Made by a program: the position numbers and the translations under genes. Positions 17,160-28,525 of a stretch of 64,000 bases of DNA are shown piece after piece (position 1 is the first letter of the stretch; each line of letters begins with the position of its first letter). The DNA comes from an uncultured Chloroflexia bacterium (lineage in GTDB: Bacteria > Chloroflexota > Limnocylindria > Limnocylindrales > CSP1-4), in contig CAVQJC010000017.1 in assembly GCA_963712745.1 (NCBI GenBank), positions 388,190 through 452,189 of the forward strand. The letters run 5' to 3'. The notes under the pieces are model-generated. The model was not told the DNA's origin. It saw nothing but the letters and a program-made list of their open reading frames with translations, and did no database searches.

Positions 17160-18577
17160 CCCTCTACTCTGACACGGCTGGAGGTGAGGGCTTCGACCAC
17201 CAGGTCCAGCTCCCGCTCGCCGGTCGCGACCAGGTCGAGCACGAGCCCGCGCTGTGGGTCCGGCCGCTGCTGGTAGTAGCTGAGTGCCTCGCAGCTGACG
17301 CCGTCCCGCTTCAGCGTCTGCGCCACCTCCACGTCGTCGGGCAGGTCGGCGCGGATGCACAGGCTGAGCCCGGCATCGAGGCCGCTGACGCGCAGGCCGG
17401 GGGCGGCTGCGGCCAGTCGCTGCGCCAGGCGCTGGCGCTGCTTGCGGTAGTCCACGCGACTGGCCCGAAGGTGGCGGTCGAAGTCACCGCTGCGCAGGAG
17501 CTCGGCGAAGGCGGCCTGGCTCAGCACCCCCGTACCCAGGTCGAATGCCGCTTTGTGTCTGACCGTCTCATCGATGAGTGACGGCGGCAGCACCAACCAG
17601 CCCAGGCGCAGTCCGGGGGCGAGCGTCTTGGAGATCGACGAGCCGCTCACGACGCGGTCCGGCGCAAAGGGCTGGAGCGAGCCGACCGGGTCGCTGTCGT
17701 AGCGGTACTCGGCGTCGTAGTCGTCCTCGATGATGAAGCGTCCGTCCGCGGAACGGACCCATTCGAGCAACTGGCGGCGACGCTCGGGAGCGAGCACGAC
17801 GCCCGTGGGGTAGTGATGGGCCGGGGTAACCAGCACCGCCTCTGCCCCAGCGCGGTCCAGCTCCTCGACGCGCAGGCCCTGCTCGTCCACGCCGACCGGA
17901 GGGGTGGGCATGCCCCAGTGGCGAAGCTGATCGCGGGCGCCGGTGGATCCGGGCTCCTCGACGGCGATGGCTCGGACGCCATGCCCCGGCAGCACGCGTG
18001 CCAGCAGCGCGAAGCCCTGGGCGAACCCGTTGACGATGAGGATGTCGTCGCTGATCGCTCGGAGGCCGCGGACGCGACCGAGATAGGCGGCCAGCTCGGC
18101 TCGCAGTGGCTCGTAGCCCTGGGGATGGCCGTAGCGCAGCTCCGCGTCGGGCAACGACTCGAGCGTGCGACGATAGGCGCGAAGCCAGGTGCGGCGTGGG
18201 AACAGGCCGGTGTCTGGCAGGCCCGGGTTGTGACGCACCGGCGAGGGCCGCTCGCTCCCTCCTGGACGGGCGCTGGTGGGCGTGGCCCCGATCTCTCCCA
18301 CCCTCGTGCCCGAACCGCGCCGGCTCACGAGGTAGCCCTCGGCGTCGAGTTGCTCGTAGACCGCTACCACCACCCCGCGCGAGACGCCCAGGTCGGCGGC
18401 CAGGGCACGGGTCGACGGCAGCCGCACCCCCGGCCGCAGGGCTCCGCCGCGCACCGCTTCGCGGAGTTGGTCGCAGAGCGTTGTGGCCCACCGCCCCCGG
18501 GCTGTCCCGCGGACCGACACGGACAGATCTCGGCCGATAGTGGTCCAGTCTGAGGATGGTGAAGTGGCCCTGTGCAT
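17156..18577 (-). CDS. MocR/GntR-family PLP-dependent transcriptional regulator (start uncertain)
   Basis: RLPSTRALAADLGVSRG wHTH; IIEDDYDAEYRY; SKTLAPGLRLGW. Confidence 0.92.
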   Translation of the reverse strand: MHRATSPSSDWTTIGRDLSVSVRGTARGRWATTLCDQLREAVRGGALRPGVRLPSTRALAADLGVSRGVVVAVYEQLDAEGYLVSRRGSGTRVGEIGATPTSARPGGSERPSPVRHNPGLPDTGLFPRRTWLRAYRRTLESLPDAELRYGHPQGYEPLRAELAAYLGRVRGLRAISDDILIVNGFAQGFALLARVLPGHGVRAIAVEEPGSTGARDQLRHWGMPTPPVGVDEQGLRVEELDRAGAEAVLVTPAHHYPTGVVLAPERRRQLLEWVRSADGRFIIEDDYDAEYRYDSDPVGSLQPFAPDRVVSGSSISKTLAPGLRLGWLVLPPSLIDETVRHKAAFDLGTGVLSQAAFAELLRSGDFDRHLRASRVDYRKQRQRLAQRLAAAAPGLRVSGLDAGLSLCIRADLPDDVEVAQTLKRDGVSCEALSYYQQRPDPQRGLVLDLVATGERELDLVVEALTSSRVRVEG

Positions 18578-18606
18578 CGGTCCACTCTGCCACTACCGTG
18601 GACGCC

Positions 18607-19527
18607 ATGCAGTCCCGAGCCTTCGGCGCCTTCGCTGCGTTCAGCGCCATGTTCGCGGTGGGGGCGGGCGTGACCGTATCGGCCGAGCTCGTCGACTACC
18701 CGCTCTTCGCGGGGCAGGCCGTGCGCTACGGGGTCGCCGCCGCGCTCCTCGTGGCGGCGGTGTTCGTACTGCGCCGGCCCGTTCCGCGTCCGGCGGGCGG
18801 CGAGTGGCTGTGGCTCATCGGCGTGGCCGTCACCGGCCTGGTCATCTTCAACGTGGCGGTCATCCGTGCGGTCGAGCACTCCGAGCCGGCGGCGGTCGCG
18901 ATACTCATCGGGGCCGTGCCGCTGGTGCTGCTGATGGCCGAGTCGATACGGCTGCGACGCCGACCGCCGTCAGTGCTGGTCGCGGGTGCCGCGCTTGTGG
19001 TCATCGGTGCCGCCCTCGTGCAGGGCGGTGGCCGGACCACGGTCGAGGGCCTGGCCTGGGCCGCCGTCGCGTTGCTGTGCGAGGCGGCCTTCACGCTGCT
19101 GGCAGTGCCGGTGCTGGGCCGGTTGGGCGCGGTCGGCGTCTCCATCCACACATGCTGGATAGCGGCGCTGATGCTCGGCGGCCTGGCCCTCGCCATCGAT
19201 GGCACCGGCGCCTTGCCGGCGATGCACGGCGGGGCCATCATGGCCTTGGCCTACCTCGCCATCGTGCAGACGGCCATCGCCTTCTCGCTCTGGTACGGGT
19301 CGGTCGGCATCCTGGGCCCCGCGGTCGCGGGGCTGTTCGCGGGCGTGATGCCCATCGCCGCCGCCATCACCGGCGTCATCCCCGGCCTGACCACGTTGAC
19401 CCCCGTGGTCATCGGTGGTGCTGTCCTCGTGGGCATCGGCATCGCTCTGGGCCTCAGCGCCCGGCTGGGCAGGAGGGCCTCGCCGACCGCCGAGGCGCGA
19501 CCGACGGGCCTGCTCTCCGACGGCTGA
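18607..19527 (+). CDS. EamA/DMT family transporter
   Basis: About 10 TM helices in two repeats; divergent from the MocR regulator. Confidence 0.85.
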   Translation: MQSRAFGAFAAFSAMFAVGAGVTVSAELVDYPLFAGQAVRYGVAAALLVAAVFVLRRPVPRPAGGEWLWLIGVAVTGLVIFNVAVIRAVEHSEPAAVAILIGAVPLVLLMAESIRLRRRPPSVLVAGAALVVIGAALVQGGGRTTVEGLAWAAVALLCEAAFTLLAVPVLGRLGAVGVSIHTCWIAALMLGGLALAIDGTGALPAMHGGAIMALAYLAIVQTAIAFSLWYGSVGILGPAVAGLFAGVMPIAAAITGVIPGLTTLTPVVIGGAVLVGIGIALGLSARLGRRASPTAEARPTGLLSDG

Positions 19528-19540
19528 ATGCCGTCGCTGC

Positions 19541-20362
19541 TCAACGGCTGATCGAGCGGTACCTGCGCACGCCCAGCGGCGCGAACACCGCCAGTAGCAC
19601 CACGTACCAGCCGATCGTGACGAGGACGGGCATCTCCGCGGGCAGGCCGCTGGCTGGGAAGGGGTTGGGGTTGCCCCACAGCTCGCGGAGCGAGGCCGTG
19701 AGCGTGCTCACCGGGTTCCAGGCCGCGATCGGCTGCAGCCAGTCGGGCAGCGTACCGATGGGCACGAAGACGTTGGAGATGAAGGTCAGGGGCAGGATGA
19801 CGATGAAGGAGACCTGCTGCGCCACTTCCACGCTGGGTAGCCGCAGCCCGAGCCACACCCCGACCCACGACATCACGAAGGCGTAGGCGAGCGCGAGCAC
19901 GACGCCGACGAGGAAGGCCGGGATACCGTTGTTGACCGACCAGCCCACGACCAGGCCGCTGAGCATGAGCACGACGAGGATGCCGCCGTTGTAGATGACA
20001 TCGGACACCGAACGGCCGAAGAGCACGGCCGAGCGTGCCATCGGCAGCGAGCGGAAGCGGTCGATGATGCCCTTGTTGAGGTCCTCGGTCATGCCGATGG
20101 CCGTCGTCGCCGAGGCGAACGTCAGCGTCTGCACGAAGATGCCGGGCATGAGGTACTCGGCGTAGCTCGCGCCGCCCGGCAGCGGGATGGCGCCGCCGAA
20201 CACGACCGTGAACAGCAGCACGAACATGATGGACTGGATGATGGCGAAGATGGCCAGCTCGGGGATCCGCGGGATCCGCTTGAGGTAGCGCCAGGTGATG
20301 ATGAGTCCGTCGCTGAGCGCGTCGCGCCAGGTGTCACCGGCGACCGGCGTCTGTGTGCTCAT
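19541..20362 (-). CDS. ABC-2 type transporter permease (DrrB-like)
   Basis: GIIDRFRSLPM, TFISNVFVP and WNPVS motifs. Confidence 0.9.
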   Translation of the reverse strand: MSTQTPVAGDTWRDALSDGLIITWRYLKRIPRIPELAIFAIIQSIMFVLLFTVVFGGAIPLPGGASYAEYLMPGIFVQTLTFASATTAIGMTEDLNKGIIDRFRSLPMARSAVLFGRSVSDVIYNGGILVVLMLSGLVVGWSVNNGIPAFLVGVVLALAYAFVMSWVGVWLGLRLPSVEVAQQVSFIVILPLTFISNVFVPIGTLPDWLQPIAAWNPVSTLTASLRELWGNPNPFPASGLPAEMPVLVTIGWYVVLLAVFAPLGVRRYRSISR

Positions 20363-21369
20363 GGCGCCACCTCCTCGACGTCCTCTGCGTGGATGAGATG
20401 CGCTGCATCCTTCTCCTCGGCCTCCGCGACATGCCCGGTCAACGTCAGGAAGACGTCATCGAGCGTGGGCCGGCGCATGCTGATGTCGTCGACGGCGATG
20501 TCGGCCTCGTCCAGGTCGCGGAAGACGGCGAAGAGCTTCTCGGCACCGCCGCCGGCCGCCACGCTCAGCTGTCGGGTCGCTTCCTCGACGGCGATGTCGC
20601 CGTCGCCGTGCCGCGCCAGCACGCTCTCGACGAAGGGGATGTCCTCGAGACGGTGCAGATGCACCTCGATGCGCTCACCCCCGACCTGCCGCTTGAGCTC
20701 CCTGGCTGTGCCCTCCGCGATGATGCGACCGTGGTCGACGACCGCGATGGTGTCGGCCAGCTCGTCGGCTTCCTCGAGGTACTGCGTCGTCAGCAGCAGG
20801 GTCGTGCCCTGGGCTACGAGGTCGCGGATGACCTCCCACATGCCCAGCCGGCTGCGCGGATCGAGCCCGGTGGTGGGCTCGTCGAGGATGAGTAGCCGCG
20901 GACGGCCGATGAGCGCGCTCGCCAGGTCGAGCCGCCGCCGCATCCCGCCCGAGTACGTCTTGATGGTGCGGTTGGCCGCATCCATGAGGTCGAACCGCTC
21001 CAGCAGCTCGTCCGCCCGGGCCCTGGCCTCCTTCGAAGAGAGCCGGTAGAGGCGACCGAAGAGCCACAGGTTCTCGCGCCCGGTGAGGTTGTCGTCCACC
21101 GCGGCGTACTGACCGGACAGGCCGATGATGTGCCGCACCTCCTGGGCCTGGGCGACCACGTCCAGGCCGGCCACGGTGGCCCGGCCCGCATCCGGGCGCA
21201 GCAGGGTCGCGATGATGCGGACGGTGGTGGTCTTGCCCGCACCGTTGGGGCCGAGCAGTCCGAGGACGCTGCCCTCGGGCACGCTCAGGTCGAGCCCGTC
21301 GAGTGCTCGTACCTCGCTCTTGCGGGAGCGGTAGACCTTGACCAGACCTTCAGCTTCGATGATCGCCAC
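20359..21369 (-). CDS. ABC transporter ATP-binding protein (DrrA-like)
   Basis: GPNGAGKTT, YSGGMRRR and LDEPTTGLD motifs. Confidence 0.95.
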   Translation of the reverse strand: MAIIEAEGLVKVYRSRKSEVRALDGLDLSVPEGSVLGLLGPNGAGKTTTVRIIATLLRPDAGRATVAGLDVVAQAQEVRHIIGLSGQYAAVDDNLTGRENLWLFGRLYRLSSKEARARADELLERFDLMDAANRTIKTYSGGMRRRLDLASALIGRPRLLILDEPTTGLDPRSRLGMWEVIRDLVAQGTTLLLTTQYLEEADELADTIAVVDHGRIIAEGTARELKRQVGGERIEVHLHRLEDIPFVESVLARHGDGDIAVEEATRQLSVAAGGGAEKLFAVFRDLDEADIAVDDISMRRPTLDDVFLTLTGHVAEAEEKDAAHLIHAEDVEEVAP

Positions 21370-21472
21370 GCACGGCACCTGCGCTGTCAGAGAACCAGCC
21401 CCCAGGAGGCGGGAGCATAGCGTGGAAACGGCGATGGCAAGGCCGGCGGTCCTTGGAGGCTACGATGGGCTC

Positions 21473-22282
21473 ATGGCCCGATCCGGCGATCGCTACACCC
21501 ATGGGCACCACGAATCGGTGCTGGACTCGCACCGCTCGCGTACGGCGGCCGACTCGGCGGCCTATCTCCTGCCTCACTTGGCCAGCGGCCAGCGGCTGCT
21601 CGACCTTGGCTGCGGCCCCGGCACCATCACGGCCGACCTCGCGGAGCTGGTGGATCCCGGCGAGGTGGTCGCGCTCGACCGCGAGGCGGACGTCCTCGAA
21701 GTCGCGACCCGGACGTTCAGCGCTCGTGCCCTGGAGAACGTGACCACCACCGTAGGAGATGTCTACGCACTCGACTTCGACGACGACGCATTCGACGTCG
21801 TGCACGCACACCAGCTGCTGCAGCACCTGTCTGACCCGGTAGCCGCGCTGATGGAGATGCGTCGGGTGGTCCGGCCCGGCGGCATCGTGGCCGCTCGCGA
21901 CGCCGACTATGCCGCCATGACCTGGGCGCCAGCGGAACCCAGGATGGAGCGCTGGCTCCAGGTCTACCGCGATGTCGCGCGCGGTAACGGTGCCGAGCCC
22001 GATGCCGGGCGACATCTCCTGGGTTGGGCCCAGGCCGCCGGCTTCTCGCAGGTCGAGCCCGCGGCGTCCGTCTGGCTCTTCGCCGAGCCCCAACGGCGAA
22101 GGTGGTGGGCGGACACCTGGGCGCGGCGAACGACCGACTCCGCGGTCGCCGAGCAAGCGCTGGAACTCGGTATCGCCACCAGCGAGGAGCTCGCGGGGCT
22201 GGCGGATGGCTGGCGCTCCTGGGCGGCGCAGCCCGACGCCTGGTTCGTGGTCGTGCACGGCGAGATCCTGGCCAGGCCCTGA
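21473..22282 (+). CDS. Class I SAM-dependent methyltransferase (UbiE-like)
   Basis: YTHGHHESVL, LLDLGCGPGTIT and FDVVHAHQ motifs. Confidence 0.9.
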   Translation: MARSGDRYTHGHHESVLDSHRSRTAADSAAYLLPHLASGQRLLDLGCGPGTITADLAELVDPGEVVALDREADVLEVATRTFSARALENVTTTVGDVYALDFDDDAFDVVHAHQLLQHLSDPVAALMEMRRVVRPGGIVAARDADYAAMTWAPAEPRMERWLQVYRDVARGNGAEPDAGRHLLGWAQAAGFSQVEPAASVWLFAEPQRRRWWADTWARRTTDSAVAEQALELGIATSEELAGLADGWRSWAAQPDAWFVVVHGEILARP

Positions 22283-22441
22283 GCGCGTGCGATCGGACCA
22301 GGCACCCGGCAGGCGATACGTCTGGGCACGCCGATCCATACCCGCGCCAAGGGTCCGTCGCTCGCCGTCAGTGCGGTCCCCGGCTGAGGGCGTGGCAGCC
22401 GTGCGGGCGGGGCGGCCGGAGAACGCGATAAGGTCTCCTGC

Positions 22442-24757
22442 GTGATGCTTCCCATCGCGGTCGCTTCAGGCTTCGTCCTGGCGCTGCTCGTGCCGCTCGT
22501 TCGTCGCCTGCTGGGCCGCTTCGCCATCATCGTGTTCGTGGCCCTGCCGGCCCTGCTGGCCCTGCTCTTCGTGGGCCTCGCGCCGGGGGTCATCGACGGC
22601 GAGCCCGTGCGCTGGTCGCGCGAGTGGGTGCCTCAGCTCGACCTCTCGCTCTCGTTCTCGCTCGATGGGCTCTCGTTGCTCTTCGCCCTGCTCATCACGG
22701 GTGTCGGTGTGGCGGTCATCCTCTATGCCGAGCGCTACCTCCACGGCCACCCCGAGCTCGACCGTTTCCACGCGCTCGCACTCGCGTTCATGGCCTCGAT
22801 GCTGGGCCTGGTGCTGGCCGACGACCTCCTGCTGGTGCTCGTCTTCTGGGGCCTGACGGGTGTCACGTCCTACCTGCTCATCGGCTTCGAGCACACCATC
22901 GGCACTTCCCGGCTCTCAGCCCAGCAGGCGCTCATCGTTACCGTCAGCGGCGAGCTGGCGATGATCGCCGGGCTGGTGCTGCTGGGCTACGCCGCCGACA
23001 CCTTCACCATCTCGCAGGTCCTCGGGGCGGGGGAGGCGGTGCAGGCCGATGTGCGCTACGGCCTGCTGACCTTCCTCATCCTGCTCGGCGCGCTGGCCAA
23101 GTCGGCCCAGTTCCCCTTCCACTTCTGGCTGCCCAACGCGATGGCCGCGCCGACACCGGTCAGCGCCTACCTCCACTCGGCCACGATGGTCACGGCCGGC
23201 GTCTACCTCGTGTCGCGCCTCACGCCGGTCCTGGGCGGCACCGAGCTGTGGACCGTCCTGCTCGTGGTCAGCGGCGGGCTGACCATGCTCATCGGCAACA
23301 TCCTCGCCTTGCGGCAGCACGACCTCAAGCTGGTGCTGGCCTACTCCACGGTGGGCGCACTGGGCACGATGATGCTGCTGGTCGGTCTCGGCTCACAGAC
23401 GGCCTTCGTGGCGGCCATGGCCCTGTTGCTGGCGCACGCGTTGTACAAGGCCGGCCTCTTCCTTGTCACCGGCATCGTCGACCACGAGATGGGCACGCGC
23501 GAGCTGGACCGCTTCAGCGGCCTGGCCCGCATCATGCCCCTGACCGCCGTGGCGGCTGCGCTGGGGGCGGTGTCGATGGCCGGCATCCCGCCGATGATCG
23601 GGTTCGCCGCCAAGGAGCTCGGGCTCAAGGCTGCACTCGCGACCGACGAGTCGACCCTGCTCGTAACGGCAGCACTCGTGGTCGCTGGCATGGCCACCGT
23701 GGGTGTGGCGGCCATCGCCAGCCTGGGGCCCTTCGCCGGGCGCTTGCGGACTGTTCGCGACGGCGGCCACGACCCCACCTGGGCGATGTGGCTGGGTCCC
23801 CTCGTCCTGGGCCTGATCGGCGTGCTCGCGGGCCTGATCCCGGCGCTCGGCTCGGGGCCGCTCGTGGCTTCGGCCGCGGAGGCCATCGGTGGCAGTGGCG
23901 CCAAGTACGGCGTCGAGCCGTGGTACGGGGTGGACCTGGCGCTGGGCCTGAGCCTCGCCAGCATCGCCCTCGGCGCCATCATCTTCTGGCGGCGCTTGAA
24001 CGTTCGTGAGCTCGTTGGCCGTATCGATCTGGGGTATCGCATCGGACCCGAGAAGGTCTACGTGCTGCTTGAGCTGGCCATGCTCTCCACCGCCAAACGG
24101 GTCACTGCCTGGCTCCAGAACGGGCACCTGCGGTTCTACCTGTTTGTCGTCGTGACCACGCTCGTCGTTCTCGTGTGGCTGGTGCTGCTGTACGCGGGCG
24201 GGGTGCCGGCCATCGAGCTGGACCGAGACGTCTATCCCTGGGAGGCCATCATCGCCGCACTCATCGTGGGCGGCGCCGCGGTGGCCGTGACCTCGCGTTC
24301 GCGACTGGGCGTGGTGACGGCGCTGGGCGTGGTGGGCTACAGCATCGCCCTGGTCTACCTGCTCTTCAGCGCGCCCGACCTGGCCATCGCCCAGATCCTC
24401 GTCGAGACCCTGACGGTGCTCCTGTTCGTGCTGGTCTTCTATCACATGCCCCGCTTCGGAGCGGAGACCGCTCGCTCTTCACGGCTGCGGGACGGCGCCA
24501 TCGCCGCACTGGCCGGGTCGCTGGTGACGATCTTCGTGCTCATCGCCAGTGGGACCGTCACCGACCCCATATCGGTGTTCTTCCTGGAGAACAGCCAGCC
24601 GCTGGCCAAGGGTCAGAACGTGGTCAATACCATCATCGTCGACTTCCGGGCGCTCGACACGCTTGCCGAGGTGGCGGTCCTGGCCATCGCCGGTTTCGGC
24701 GTCTACGCGCTGCTGAAGCTGCGTTCACGCAGGCAGAGCGAGGAGGGTCAGAGTTGA
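22442..24757 (+). CDS. mrpA: Na+/H+ antiporter subunit A
   Basis: [31 protein letters not shown]; [15 protein letters not shown]. Confidence 0.95.
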   Translation: MMLPIAVASGFVLALLVPLVRRLLGRFAIIVFVALPALLALLFVGLAPGVIDGEPVRWSREWVPQLDLSLSFSLDGLSLLFALLITGVGVAVILYAERYLHGHPELDRFHALALAFMASMLGLVLADDLLLVLVFWGLTGVTSYLLIGFEHTIGTSRLSAQQALIVTVSGELAMIAGLVLLGYAADTFTISQVLGAGEAVQADVRYGLLTFLILLGALAKSAQFPFHFWLPNAMAAPTPVSAYLHSATMVTAGVYLVSRLTPVLGGTELWTVLLVVSGGLTMLIGNILALRQHDLKLVLAYSTVGALGTMMLLVGLGSQTAFVAAMALLLAHALYKAGLFLVTGIVDHEMGTRELDRFSGLARIMPLTAVAAALGAVSMAGIPPMIGFAAKELGLKAALATDESTLLVTAALVVAGMATVGVAAIASLGPFAGRLRTVRDGGHDPTWAMWLGPLVLGLIGVLAGLIPALGSGPLVASAAEAIGGSGAKYGVEPWYGVDLALGLSLASIALGAIIFWRRLNVRELVGRIDLGYRIGPEKVYVLLELAMLSTAKRVTAWLQNGHLRFYLFVVVTTLVVLVWLVLLYAGGVPAIELDRDVYPWEAIIAALIVGGAAVAVTSRSRLGVVTALGVVGYSIALVYLLFSAPDLAIAQILVETLTVLLFVLVFYHMPRFGAETARSSRLRDGAIAALAGSLVTIFVLIASGTVTDPISVFFLENSQPLAKGQNVVNTIIVDFRALDTLAEVAVLAIAGFGVYALLKLRSRRQSEEGQS

Positions 24758-25173
24758 GAGGGCTCATCCTGCCGACCGCCACCGCCTACCTCATGCCGGT
24801 GCTGCTGCTGTTCTCCCTCTTCCTGCTGCTGCGGGGTCACAACGAGCCGGGCGGTGGCTTCGCCGGCGGCCTCGTCGCGGCCTCGGCCTTCGTGTTGCTC
24901 TCAATCGCCAGCGGCGTGAAGGCCGCTCGACGGGCACTGCACGTCGATCCTCGCAGCCTCATCGGGGGCGGCCTGCTGGTCATGATCCTGAGCGGATTCG
25001 TGGCCCCGCTGGCCTACGGCGAACCCTACCTCACCGCGCACTGGTGGCCGCTGCCGCTGGGGAGATACGAGGTCGCCCTGGGCACGCCGCTCCTCTTCGA
25101 CATCGGCGTCTACCTCGCGGTGGCCGGCACGATCCTGCTCATCACGTTCTCGCTCGAGGAGGAGGGCACGTGA
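24754..25173 (+). CDS. mrpB: Na+/H+ antiporter subunit B
   Basis: [16 protein letters not shown]; FDIGVY; TTG start overlapping the mrpA stop. Confidence 0.92.
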   Translation: MRGLILPTATAYLMPVLLLFSLFLLLRGHNEPGGGFAGGLVAASAFVLLSIASGVKAARRALHVDPRSLIGGGLLVMILSGFVAPLAYGEPYLTAHWWPLPLGRYEVALGTPLLFDIGVYLAVAGTILLITFSLEEEGT

Positions 25174-25520
25174 CCGTTCTGCTGGCGATCGTGGCCGGGG
25201 TGCTCTTCGCCGCGGCCATCTATCTCATGCTCCGACGCTCGGTGCTGAAGCTGGCGCTGGGCCTGTCGCTGCTGGCCAACGCGGCCAACCTGGTCATCTT
25301 CGCCGCCGCCGGCCTGACCCGGGGACAGCCACCGCTGGTGCCCGAGGGTGCCACCACACCACCACCGGGGGCGGCCGACCCGTTGCCGCAGGCGATGGTG
25401 CTCACTGCCATCGTCATCGGCTTCAGCGTGCTCGCTTTCACCCTGACGTTGATGCACCGGGTATACCAGGAAGGCGGCTCCGACGACGTCGACGACCTGT
25501 CTGAGGCGGACATCCAGTGA
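25170..25520 (+). CDS. mrpC: Na+/H+ antiporter subunit C
   Basis: [16 protein letters not shown] motif. Confidence 0.93.
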   Translation: MTVLLAIVAGVLFAAAIYLMLRRSVLKLALGLSLLANAANLVIFAAAGLTRGQPPLVPEGATTPPPGAADPLPQAMVLTAIVIGFSVLAFTLTLMHRVYQEGGSDDVDDLSEADIQ

Positions 25521-27064
25521 ACGCCATCGTTCTGCTGCCGGTGCTGGTGCCGCTCATGGCGGCCGCGCTCGGGCTCGTGGCCTGGCGCTCGGGGCGAGCG
25601 CAGCGCGCCATCGCCGTGGCCGGGTCGGCGGCCCTGCTGGCGGTCGCAGTCGTGCTGCTCGTGGTCGTGGAGCGTGACGGCATCCAGACCCTCCAGGTCG
25701 GCGCGTGGCAGGCACCCTTCGGCATCACCATGGTGGCCGACCTCTTCAGCGCCATCCTGGTCGTGCTCGCGGGCGTGCTGGCCGTGGCCATCGTGGTCTA
25801 CTCCACCGCGTCCATCGATCGGGGGCGCGAGCACTTCGCCTACTACCCGCTGACGATGGTGCTGCTCGCGGGCGTCTGTGGCACATTCCTCACGGGGGAC
25901 CTGTTCAACCTCTATGTCTGGTTCGAGGTGCTGCTCATCGCCTCGTTCGTGCTGCTGGCGCTCGGCGGTGAACGCGCCCAGCTCGAGGGCGCCCTCAAGT
26001 ACGTGGCTCTCAACCTCGTGGCCTCGGCGGTGCTGCTGGTGACGATCGGCGTCATCTACGGGCTCACCGGCACCGTCAACCTGGCTCACCTCCACGAGCG
26101 CATGGCCCAGGTCGCGCCGGCCGGCCTGGTGCCCGCCATCGCGGCCATGCTGCTCATCGCCTTCGGCATCAAGGCCGCGCTGGTGCCGCTGTTCTTCTGG
26201 CTGCCGGCCTCGTATCACACGCCGCCGGTGGCGGTCTCGGCGCTGTTCAGTGGCCTGCTCACCAAGGTCGGCATCTACGCGCTCGTGCGCGTCTTCACGC
26301 TCCTCTTCGCCGACCAGGCGGCCGACTTCCAGCCACTGCTGCTGGTGGTGGCAGCGCTGACCATGGTCATCGGCGTCTTGGGTGCGGTGGCCCAGCACGA
26401 GATGCGAAGGCTGCTCTCGTTCCATATCATCAGCCAGATCGGCTACCTCGTGATGGGCCTGGCCCTCTTCACGGTCTCGGCCATGGCCGGGCTCATCTAC
26501 TTCCTGGTGCACGTGGCCCTGGCCAAGTCGACCCTGTTCCTCGTAGCCGGCGCGGTGAAGCAGCTGACCGGCTCGTTCGAGCTGTCCCAGACAGGTGGGT
26601 TGTGGGTGCTCAAGCCAGGCCTGGCGGTGCTCTTCGGTGTCGCCGCCATGGCCCTCGCAGGCATCCCGCCATTCAGCGGCTTCCTGGCCAAGCTCGCGCT
26701 CATCGAGGCCGGCCTGGCGGTCGACCACGTGCTCATCGTGCTGGTCGCCCTGGGCGTGAGCCTGCTGACGCTGTACTCGATGCTCAAGATCTGGAACGCC
26801 GCCTTCTGGAAGCCGCTGCCGACCGACCTGGAGCCCTTCGCCCACGGCGCCGCGGCTGTGACTCCCGAGACGGTGGCCGGGACCCGGCTGGCGGTGGCGA
26901 TGGTGGCCCCGATCGTGCTACTGGTGGCCTGCACCGTGGGCCTGACGGTGGCCGCGGGTCCGGCCTTCGAGCTGGTCGATGCGGCGGCTGTGCAGCTGAT
27001 GGAGCCGGCCGGCTACGTCGAGGCCGTGCTCGGCCCGGGCGCCAGCGCCGGGGGTGCGCCGTGA
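25517..27064 (+). CDS. mrpD: Na+/H+ antiporter subunit D
   Basis: [13 protein letters not shown]; WLPASY; LLTKVG; [11 protein letters not shown]. Confidence 0.95.
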   Translation: MNAIVLLPVLVPLMAAALGLVAWRSGRAQRAIAVAGSAALLAVAVVLLVVVERDGIQTLQVGAWQAPFGITMVADLFSAILVVLAGVLAVAIVVYSTASIDRGREHFAYYPLTMVLLAGVCGTFLTGDLFNLYVWFEVLLIASFVLLALGGERAQLEGALKYVALNLVASAVLLVTIGVIYGLTGTVNLAHLHERMAQVAPAGLVPAIAAMLLIAFGIKAALVPLFFWLPASYHTPPVAVSALFSGLLTKVGIYALVRVFTLLFADQAADFQPLLLVVAALTMVIGVLGAVAQHEMRRLLSFHIISQIGYLVMGLALFTVSAMAGLIYFLVHVALAKSTLFLVAGAVKQLTGSFELSQTGGLWVLKPGLAVLFGVAAMALAGIPPFSGFLAKLALIEAGLAVDHVLIVLVALGVSLLTLYSMLKIWNAAFWKPLPTDLEPFAHGAAAVTPETVAGTRLAVAMVAPIVLLVACTVGLTVAAGPAFELVDAAAVQLMEPAGYVEAVLGPGASAGGAP

Positions 27065-27090
27065 GCGCCGGGGGTGCGCCGTGAGCGCCG
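27044..27090 (+). repeat. 20-bp tandem duplication at the mrpD/mrpE junction
   Basis: AGCGCCGGGGGTGCGCCGTG twice plus a partial third copy. Confidence 0.9.
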
Positions 27091-27584
27091 ACCTGCGCCG
27101 TATCTCGGCGGCAGCGATGTTCGCGGCCAACCTGCTGCTGGCCCTGGTGTGGGTGGCCATGAGCGGCCACTTCGAGTCGGCCAACCTGCTCGTCGGCTTC
27201 GCCTTCGGCTACGCCGTGCTCTACCTGCTCCAGCGCGTGACGGGCAGCTCGTCGTACTTCGCCAAGTCGGTGGCGCTGGTCCGATTCGTCGGCTTCTACG
27301 TCGTGGAGATGGTGCTGGCCAACGTCCGTGTGGCCATCGACGTGGTCACGCCGGACGCGCGCCGGCAGCCGGGCATCGTGGCCGTGCCGCTGGAGGCCCG
27401 GACCGACGTGGAGATCACGGTGTTGTCCAACCTCATCACGATGACCCCGGGCTCGCTCAGCGTTGACGTCTCCGACGACCGCAGCGTCATCTACGTGCAC
27501 TCGATGTTCGTGGACGATCCCGACCAGCTGCGGCGGACCATCAAGGATGACCTGGAGCGGCGGGTGCTGGAGCTGCTTCGATGA
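27081..27584 (+). CDS. mrpE: Na+/H+ antiporter subunit E
   Basis: NLITMTPGSL and IYVH motifs. Confidence 0.92.
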   Translation: MSADLRRISAAAMFAANLLLALVWVAMSGHFESANLLVGFAFGYAVLYLLQRVTGSSSYFAKSVALVRFVGFYVVEMVLANVRVAIDVVTPDARRQPGIVAVPLEARTDVEITVLSNLITMTPGSLSVDVSDDRSVIYVHSMFVDDPDQLRRTIKDDLERRVLELLR

Positions 27585-27862
27585 ACGTGTCGGGCGTCCC
27601 CGATGTGGTCATCGAGCTGGCCCTGCTGTCGTTGGCGCTGGCCATGGCGCTCACGTTCGTGCGCCTCGTGCGTGGGCCAAGCCTCATGGATCGCGTGGTC
27701 GCGCTCGAGCTCATCGCCAGCCTTGTCGCGGGGATCGTGGCGGTCTTCGCCATCGGCACCGACGACCCCGCGCTCATCGACGTGGCCATCGCCCTCGCGC
27801 TGGTCGCTTTCCTCGGCGCGGTCGCGTTCGCGCGCTACGCGGAACGGGCACCGCGGCCATGA
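27581..27862 (+). CDS. mrpF: Na+/H+ antiporter subunit F
   Basis: RLVRGPSLMDRVVALE motif. Confidence 0.92.
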   Translation: MNVSGVPDVVIELALLSLALAMALTFVRLVRGPSLMDRVVALELIASLVAGIVAVFAIGTDDPALIDVAIALALVAFLGAVAFARYAERAPRP

Positions 27863-28230
27863 ATGACGGCCTGGCCACGATCGCGGTCCTGCTCGGCACC
27901 GCCCTTGGCGTGCTCAGCGCCGTAGGCATCCTGCGCATGCCCGACGTCTACATCCGCCTGCAGGTCGCGAGCAAGGCCTCCTCGCTGGGTATCGCCCTGC
28001 TGATGCTGGGCGTGGCCCTGCACTTCGACGATCTGAGCGTGACCATCAGGGCGGTGCTCGTGGTTGCCTTCCTCTTCCTGACCGCACCGGTGGCTGCCCA
28101 CGTCATCGGCCGAGCCGCATACCTCACGGGTGCACCCCTGTCCCCTGGATCGACGCCCGACGACCTGGCCGGCGCCTACGATGCCGAGACCGGCCGCCTG
28201 GCGGGCCGCAGCAGGGACGACCAGGAGTAG
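27859..28230 (+). CDS. mrpG: Na+/H+ antiporter subunit G
   Basis: GILRMPDVYIRLQ; FLTAPVAAHVIGRAAY. Confidence 0.92.
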   Translation: MNDGLATIAVLLGTALGVLSAVGILRMPDVYIRLQVASKASSLGIALLMLGVALHFDDLSVTIRAVLVVAFLFLTAPVAAHVIGRAAYLTGAPLSPGSTPDDLAGAYDAETGRLAGRSRDDQE

Positions 28231-28525
28231 CCGCTCGGGTGGGCCGCTCCGAACCCCGAGGACGGCAGCACTCCGCGCCGCTGCGGTGTGCCAGATCGCT
28301 AGCCCCACCAGCACGACCACGACCGTCTCGCTGCGCCGGCGCCGCGGTGGCGCGAGTATCGAAGCGCGCTACAGGCGGTGGCATCTGGCGCTGCGCCGGT
28401 GCCAGCCCCGACGCCCGTGGTGCCGCTCCCGGGCCCCGGGCGGGCCGACGTCCGAGAGCCTCTCCCTCGACTCCCGGGCGTGGCGGGATGCGAGCCGGTC
28501 GATGAGGCAGCCTTGGGCGCCAGGG

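Noticed and set aside
28231-28525. Possible gene or remnant between mrpG and actP
   Set aside because: Only a short hydrophobic stretch on the minus strand, with no convincing start, RBS or motif.
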